A DNA stretch of 39,206 nucleotides from Callorhinchus milii (Eukaryota): the NCBI RefSeq assembly GCF_018977255.1, contig NW_024705498.1, forward strand, positions 1-39,206. Direction: 5' to 3'. Numbering within the stretch: position 1 is the first letter of the stretch; each line of letters starts with the position of its first letter. A program made the position numbers and the translations under genes. Shown here piece after piece: positions 33,801-39,206 of the stretch. The notes beneath the pieces are model-generated. The model saw only the letters and a list, made by a program, of their open reading frames with translations, had not been told where the DNA came from and did no database searches.

Positions 33801-34281
33801 CCAACTTTCGACATCCGGCGACTGGCCGCGTGTCCGCCAGGGTTAGAGGGCAATTAAAATCACCCCCCATGACGATGTGTCTTCGTGTTAGCAGCAAGGC
33901 TGCCACGTTCTCTAGCAACTCCACACGTTCCGGAGAGCCTGTGGGGGCGTACACATTGATCAGCCGGACCGCCGCCCCACCATATGCAACATCGACATAG
34001 TGGAGTCGTCCCGGGACCACTTCTCGGGCCTCCTGCACCTCTATGTTCTTTCTACCTAGGAGGATAACCACTCCTGAGCACCTATTAACATTGCTTCCGG
34101 ACCAGAAGCAGTGTCCCTCCCAGTCCCTAGCCAGATCCTCTCGACCAAGGGAGTATGGCAAGTGGCACTCCTGTAAAAAGTAAACGTCCTTTTTCAGGGA
34201 CCGTAGATAATGTAGAATGGCCCCCCTCCTAGCCCTGCCCCACATTCCCCTCACGTTTACTGATGCTACGGTAAGGTCCAT
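30888..34281 (-). pseudogene. Tx1 copy C ORF2 (APE, RT, Cys-rich), frameshift at ~33580 and near the end
   Basis: ORFs 33562-34290 and 30848-33559 carry all APE and RT motifs. The stop homologous to copy B is at 30888-30890. Confidence 0.9.
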
Positions 34282-34299
34282 ACCCAGCATTGTCTCTCC

Positions 34300-35945
34300 C
34301 TACCCAGACCCGTCGTCCAATAGTTCATACAGGTTTGTGTCAGCCAATCCCTGCAATTGTTCCCCTCTCCTAGGCTCCTTGGGCAGCCCTCTTCCCTGGT
34401 TGGTCTTAGCCGCCACGGCACCATCCTCCGACGACCTCGCGTCTATCGAGGAGTCTGTTGCCTCCAGGTCCCGTTTGCGGGTCGTCCTCGCTGGGCCACG
34501 CGGCGCTTTCCGCTTCCTTTTCACCACCCTCTTGAATTTCTCCCTCCTGGTGCTCTCCCTCTGCTGCTCCTCTCCGTCCTCCCCCGCCTCCACCGCCTCC
34601 GCCCAGTCAACCACCGTTGGGTCGGGGGGTTTTCCCACGGGCTCCTCGTCCTTGTCCCCAGGGTGCTCCACCTGCCGGCCCGTGGGATCCGCGTCTTCCT
34701 CCGACGTCATCTCCCCCTCCTCCCTCTCGTCCTGCAGTGGCGTACCCTGCCTGCCCACCTCTCCACCCCCGTCCTCCATCTTCCCGCCGGGCTGCGTTGG
34801 CTTCAGCCCGTCCTCGGCCACCTCCCCTTCTCCATCCGCCACCCTGCTCCTATGTGCGCGGACCTTATTTGCGTACGACAGCGGGCAGTCCCTGTACAGG
34901 TGGTCTTTATTCCCGCATAGGTTGCACAATGCCGGGGCGCAGCATTCTGTCACAACGTGGTCCCGTGCCTTGCATCGGAACATATCCGTGCCTCGCACGC
35001 TGCAGCCAGATGGCCACTCCCCCCACATCGCCTGCAGAGCTTCGGCTGTCCCGCATACACCACGTAGCCCCTATTGCCACCAATGTTCAGGGCGCTCGGG
35101 ATGTGTTGCAGAGCCCCTTCTGCCGTTCTCAACCTCACCCGCCATTGTCTGGCCCCCGTCCAGATCCCTAAAGAGTCTTGGACCCGCTTACTGTCCGAAA
35201 GCACCAGGCAGTGCTGCCTCAGCCACACCTCGACGTCGTGGTCTGGCAGAGCCTCGTTGTAGAGAAATATGGTGACCACTTTTGTATCGAGCTCAGAGAG
35301 CAGTTGGAGCTTCAGCAGCGACAGTGGCCGTTCCCCGCCTTCTCCTCGAACAAAGTCATAAAACGCTGCAGTAAGTTATTTGTCTTAAAGCTCACGTCAA
35401 AAGCCCTGCCACCTGGCAAGGCTATCAAGCAAAACAGATCTGCCGGATCCACCTTCAGAATTTCGACCATCACTGACCGCACGAACCTCGGTCTGTCGAT
35501 CGTGACCTCCTCTGGCACATCCTCCTTAAAGGACACCCGCACGCAGTTATGCCTCTTAGCGTGTATCGGGGTGAAGTTCCCTGCCGAACCTCCGCGCCAC
35601 CGCCCTGCGCGCTCCTGGGGCCGCCCTGCCCCCACAGGTCCAGGACTTGCCTGGACAGCGTCGCTTTGGGCACCTTGCGCCTGCAGGCCCGCCGAGCTCG
35701 GTGCTTCCTCCGCCTCCTCTCCTGGGCTGGCCGACACCATTTCACTCCTCGTCGGTGCCTCTCCCTTCCTCGCCCGCTGCCACCAGGCGTCCTCCTCCGC
35801 TTGCCTCGAGGTCGACGCTCGCGCCTCGTCCCTCTCCTCTGCGGGTCTCCCTCCTCCAGGCAGTCCCACCTCACCGTCCTCCGCCCCGCAGCAGCCAAAC
35901 CGGCCCGTTCACCTCGGCTCCCCCCCCAGAGCGTTTGGTCGCCAT
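34300..35945 (-). pseudogene. Tx1 copy C ORF1 (RRM-like region plus three CCHC knuckles), frameshifted
   Basis: ATG at 35945. The ORF pieces 35312-35869, 34950-35279 and 34300-35028 match copy B ORF1. Confidence 0.88.
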
Positions 35946-36049
35946 GGCCCCGAGGGCCTGCGAGGCTGCCACTGGCCAGGCAGCCAGGGAGCCGAGACTA
36001 GGCACGACACCAGCAGAGACACGGTAGAGAAAAACCAGCCGTGGTCGTG

Positions 36050-36170
36050 GCCCTCCTCATCGGGCAATTCGCCAGAATGGTGAGGCTCTGCTCTGGCTCC
36101 CGTTCTTATATAGAGCAGCAGCAGGGTGACGTCATCATTAACTCATTAACTCATCAGGTGCAACGATTGA
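36050..36170 (-). promoter_or_regulatory. 5' half of the pLTR-like host: CRE, TATA, initiator and first half of a hammerhead-like core
   Basis: TGACGTCA 36127-36134, TATATAAG 36112-36105, CATTC 36079-36075, CCGATGA 36063-36057. Collinear similarity to 6935-7019. Confidence 0.6.
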
Positions 36171-36294
36171 AGGGGGGAGTTATTGTAATTATATACTAGA
36201 TTAGTAATCAGGCATTGTTACGATGCGAGTTGTAGATTAGTAATCAGTTGGAATGTGTTTTATTGTGATTATGCTACGTTAGTAATCAGTTAGT

Positions 36295-36680
36295 TTGCAT
36301 TTTGACTGCTTATGTTGTGGTTATTGCAAACATGATGCTTTGTATAGAGGTGTCAGTTTTGTACCAGTTTAAAGGGTAAAAACCTACTACTATATTTTGC
36401 CACTGGTAAAGGAGGTCTCATGGTGTAGGTGCTTGCCCCGAGCTCCCAATACTCTGATAGTGCACTGTTTTTGAGTTGTACGCCTTTTGGCGTCATCTGG
36501 TCCAACACCAATGGAGACTAGGCTCTAAGGAAATCTGTCTCGGGTGTGGACGAATCAACTTGAAGGACAGTGCATATCATTACCATTATCAGAGTTGCTC
36601 TTTTTGTTTGCATTATGACTTCTTGTGTTGTGGTTATTGCAAACATAATGCCTTGTATAAAGGTATCAATTTTGTACCAG
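36295..36680 (+). repeat. ~310-bp satellite-like unit, about 1.25 direct copies, truncated by the LTR
   Basis: TTTGCATT..TGTTGTGGTTATTGCAAACAT..TTTTGTACCAGT occurs at ~36295-36370 and ~36607-36681. Homologous to 6421-6785. Confidence 0.75.
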
Positions 36681-37264
36681 TGTAGGGGTGTTAGAGAGAG
36701 AGCCCGTTATGCATGGCAGCTTATGGCAAACAAACACAGTGGGCGGGGCTACGTGAGTGCACGGGGAGGTGCCCTCTACGACGTCTGCGCCAGGCACCCT
36801 GGGGGGCTGATTCGAACGTTATGATCCCCCGGGGCCCCACCCCTCAGCGAGGGTTGGGTATAAAAGGGGATGTATCAAAGGGCTCGAGAGAGACGTTAAG
36901 TTAACCAGTGAAGATTAAAGACGTCTTAGCTAGAGCCCTGGACTCCTCTGGTTCGCCGTCCTTATCAGGGCCGAACAGGACCGAGCCAGCGGCGTGGTCC
37001 CGAGAGCCAGAGCCGGTGCTCTTGTCAGAGCTGGTCTGGGACTCAGGGTACCGGGCCCGACTTACCAGTGTCGGGCCAGATAGCCTCCCCTAGCCCGTTA
37101 GTGGAGGACTAGGAGTCAGGCTAGGAGTAGCTAGCGCGTGTATCCCCAGCTAGCCGGGTGAGGGGGCCGATACCCCCTCCAGTGTTGTATGCCACGAACG
37201 TGCTGTGTTAAATAAACCCGTGTGCCTCCAACTCCGGTGTCCAAGAGTCGTCAACGCTACTACA
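36681..37264 (+). mobile_element. 5' LTR of a Gypsy-type retrotransposon
   Basis: TGTAG...CTACA termini, TATAAAA 36859-36865, AATAAA 37211-37216, PBS immediately downstream. Confidence 0.85.
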
Positions 37265-37266
37265 TC

Positions 37267-37280
37267 TGGTGTCGGAAGTG
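37267..37280 (+). promoter_or_regulatory. Primer-binding site, tRNA-Leu type
   Basis: TGGTGTCGGAAGTG resembles the complement of the tRNA-Leu 3' end (TGGTGTCAGAAGTG), 2 nt after the LTR. Confidence 0.75.
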
Positions 37281-37288
37281 AAACAACT

Positions 37289-38587
37289 ATGAACATGGAC
37301 ATGCGCCGGACGACTCGAGTCAGGGTACCAGAGGCGGAGGACACCACTGCAGTCGGGGAGCCCGAGACGGCTGAAGATGGCATCGAGCAGCCGGGGCCGG
37401 ATGCATCCACACCACAGCAGCAGGAGGAAGGGGAGCCGTCGACAGAGGGGCTGAGGCAGGCGCACGCGAAGCTGGCCGAGCTGCTGTACGCCGCTGCCAC
37501 CATGCTCGACCACATCACACAGCTGGGGGCTGCTGGACCGCCACGGGGCAATGGCAGCCGACGACCACAGCGCCTTCCCGCCATTTCGACGGAGCACCGC
37601 TTTGAAAATCCCGCCATCGCCGCAGCTGCTGTTGAGGGCGTGGCCGGTCTGAGCATCGCGTCCAACGGCAGGAGTACAGTACCTGCCGCGTCATCACCAA
37701 CGGACGGAACGTCACCACGGGTGCGACCGGCGATGCCATCGCTTGTACGCGCCGACGCAGAGCCGAGTGAGGGGGACGAGGGAATGCGATCTTCCGCGGC
37801 AGCCGCTGCCTTACATCAGCGACTACCTCCACTCAAAGAATTTGTGGGCGAGGAAGGTGACTGGGGCGGCTTCCAGCGGCGCTTCCTCGCTCACCAGGAG
37901 ATGGCGCAGTGGACGGACGCCGAGGCTCTCCGCGCGCTGCCGGCACTCCTCGACAGCGACGCCCTCGCCACTCTAACATTGGCACCGAAGGAGAGGCGCT
38001 CCACGCTGCAGAAGGCGATGCAGGTGCTGTCTGCAGTATACGGTCCGCCGTCGGACTGTCGGAAACTCTTTTACGATCGCCAGCGGGGGGCAAAGGAGTC
38101 GCCCCTGGCGTACCGCACAAGCCTCCTGGCACTGGCAAAGGCGGCCTTTCCACGGATGGATAACGAAGGTGTCGACGCCATGGTTACGGAGAAGATACTC
38201 CTGCTGGCGGACGACTTAGATATCGTCATCGTCGCACAGGACGATGCAGAGATGTGCTCCCTCCAAGCGGCCCGACTCCTCCACGCAAACCTGTGCTCAC
38301 AACGACGGAAGGCCAGCAAGGCGGCGAGCGGGCGTGCCGTCGCTGCAGCCACCCTCCCGGCGGAAGAGGTTTGCGCCATCGACCATTAACGGCAGCAGGG
38401 AGCGGGAGTATGGGCGGACCGGGGCGGTTCAAGCCATCTCCAACATCCATCGTCGTCGCCAGCGCTCCCGCGCTGTTACAACTGCGGCATCCGGGGCCAT
38501 GTCGCCTCGGGGTGCCGCTCTCCTCGGCAAGCGCGAGACGACACCTCAACGGGACGCCGGCCCTCGTCACAAGCTCCACCATCATAA
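37289..38587 (+). pseudogene. Gypsy gag with CCHC zinc knuckle, in-frame TAA at 38387
   Basis: LPPLKEF.G..DW..F..RF, RQRGAKESPLAY capsid-like motifs. CYNCGIRGHVASGC (38474-38515) lies in the same frame after the stop. Confidence 0.8.
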
Positions 38588-38782
38588 TCCGGCGAGTCGC
38601 GCACCCCTATGTTTGGCCCATGCACACGCCCGTCACACCACTCAAACACCGCAGCGAATGGGGGGGCGATATCGCGCACCATCGCACCGACACGCACCAC
38701 TCTGGGTACTCATATCGAACCCGACCAGTGGTCCGTTTGGCCCATCGCGTTGTAGCCGCATCGTCCGGGGTCGTCTGCCGTT

Positions 38783-39206
38783 GTGGGGCACATCGACGGG
38801 GTTGAGGTGCGCATCCTGGTCGATACGGGAACATCGGCGACCATTATTTCGGAGTTAATTTACAATATTCTCCCTGCCCAGAGCCGTCCTTTGATGCCTG
38901 TTAACGTGCCATTCTATGCTGCTAACGGGGGCTCACTTGGCATCATCGGACAGATTCGAGCCCAAATTTGTATCGGGGATATTAAATTGTCTGGGCCGAT
39001 TTTTTGTTTCCTCCTCGCTGGCGGTTCCGTGCCTGCTGGGGATGGACTTCCTGGCCAAAATGCCGATTAGGATATTAATCGACCAGGGATGCATTGAGCT
39101 CCCGTCGGGCCGACGCATGGCGTTTTCTGCCATCTCCCGTTACGAGTCGGACGGCGTTCGCGACGGTGCCGGCGTTCGTAGATAGAACGGTGCGCGTCCT
39201 CCGGGG
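38783..39206 (+). pseudogene. Gypsy aspartic protease (start of pol), frameshifted, runs off the window
   Basis: GHIDGVEVRILVDTGTSATII..AANG..L.IIG, then CLLGMDFL in another frame. Confidence 0.85.

Larger units (their letters stand above)
30627..36049 (-). mobile_element. Tx1-clade non-LTR retrotransposon, copy C, full length
   Basis: Same organisation as copy B. Begins CACG at 36049 and ends AATAAAAACCTTAAAT at 30627. Confidence 0.95.

Noticed and set aside
35945..36056. HDV-like ribozyme in the Tx1 5' UTR (CCTCGC, GAGGGCC/GGCCCTC)
   Set aside because: I could not build P3/L3 or the double pseudoknot. Only generic GC-rich hairpins are present.
22136..36083. Many long plus-strand ORFs over the Tx1 copies
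   Set aside because: Antisense shadows of GC-rich coding sequence with no motifs.
36135..36160. CTGATGA at 36157-36151 (minus) and a duplicated TCATTAAC as the upstream Tx1 junction
   Set aside because: It gives only an ~8-bp match to the empty site. The junction at 36049/36050 gives longer collinear similarity, exact core spacing and the same 5' start as copy B.

Overview
Animal genomic DNA, almost entirely transposable elements plus one host gene. A vertebrate origin is likely; a lamprey-like genome is only a guess from the TE mix and GC content. Left part: a Gypsy RNase H fragment, a Helitron Rep remnant split by two Penelope-like (PLE) insertions, and several PLE pseudo-LTRs (pLTRs) with minimal hammerhead ribozyme motifs. 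Middle: an intact 12-finger, KRAB-less C2H2 zinc-finger gene (9086-10426, minus), with a Tigger-like MITE and a tRNA/Nin-type SINE in its likely intron, plus L2/CR1 LINE fragments. Right part: a 16.6-kb head-to-tail train of three Tx1-clade LINEs (19461-36049, minus), then the 5' LTR, PBS, gag and protease of a Gypsy element. Main observation: the Tx1 train sits inside the hammerhead-like motif of a second pLTR-like repeat, about 30 nt downstream of that repeat's inferred start site and ~55 nt from its TATA box. An uninterrupted paralog of this target lies at 6935-7230. The Tx1 copies join precisely (TTAAAT|(C)ACG) with no poly(A) and no visible TSD. This suggests a site-specific LINE that parasitises PLE pLTR promoters. 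All alignments were done by eye.
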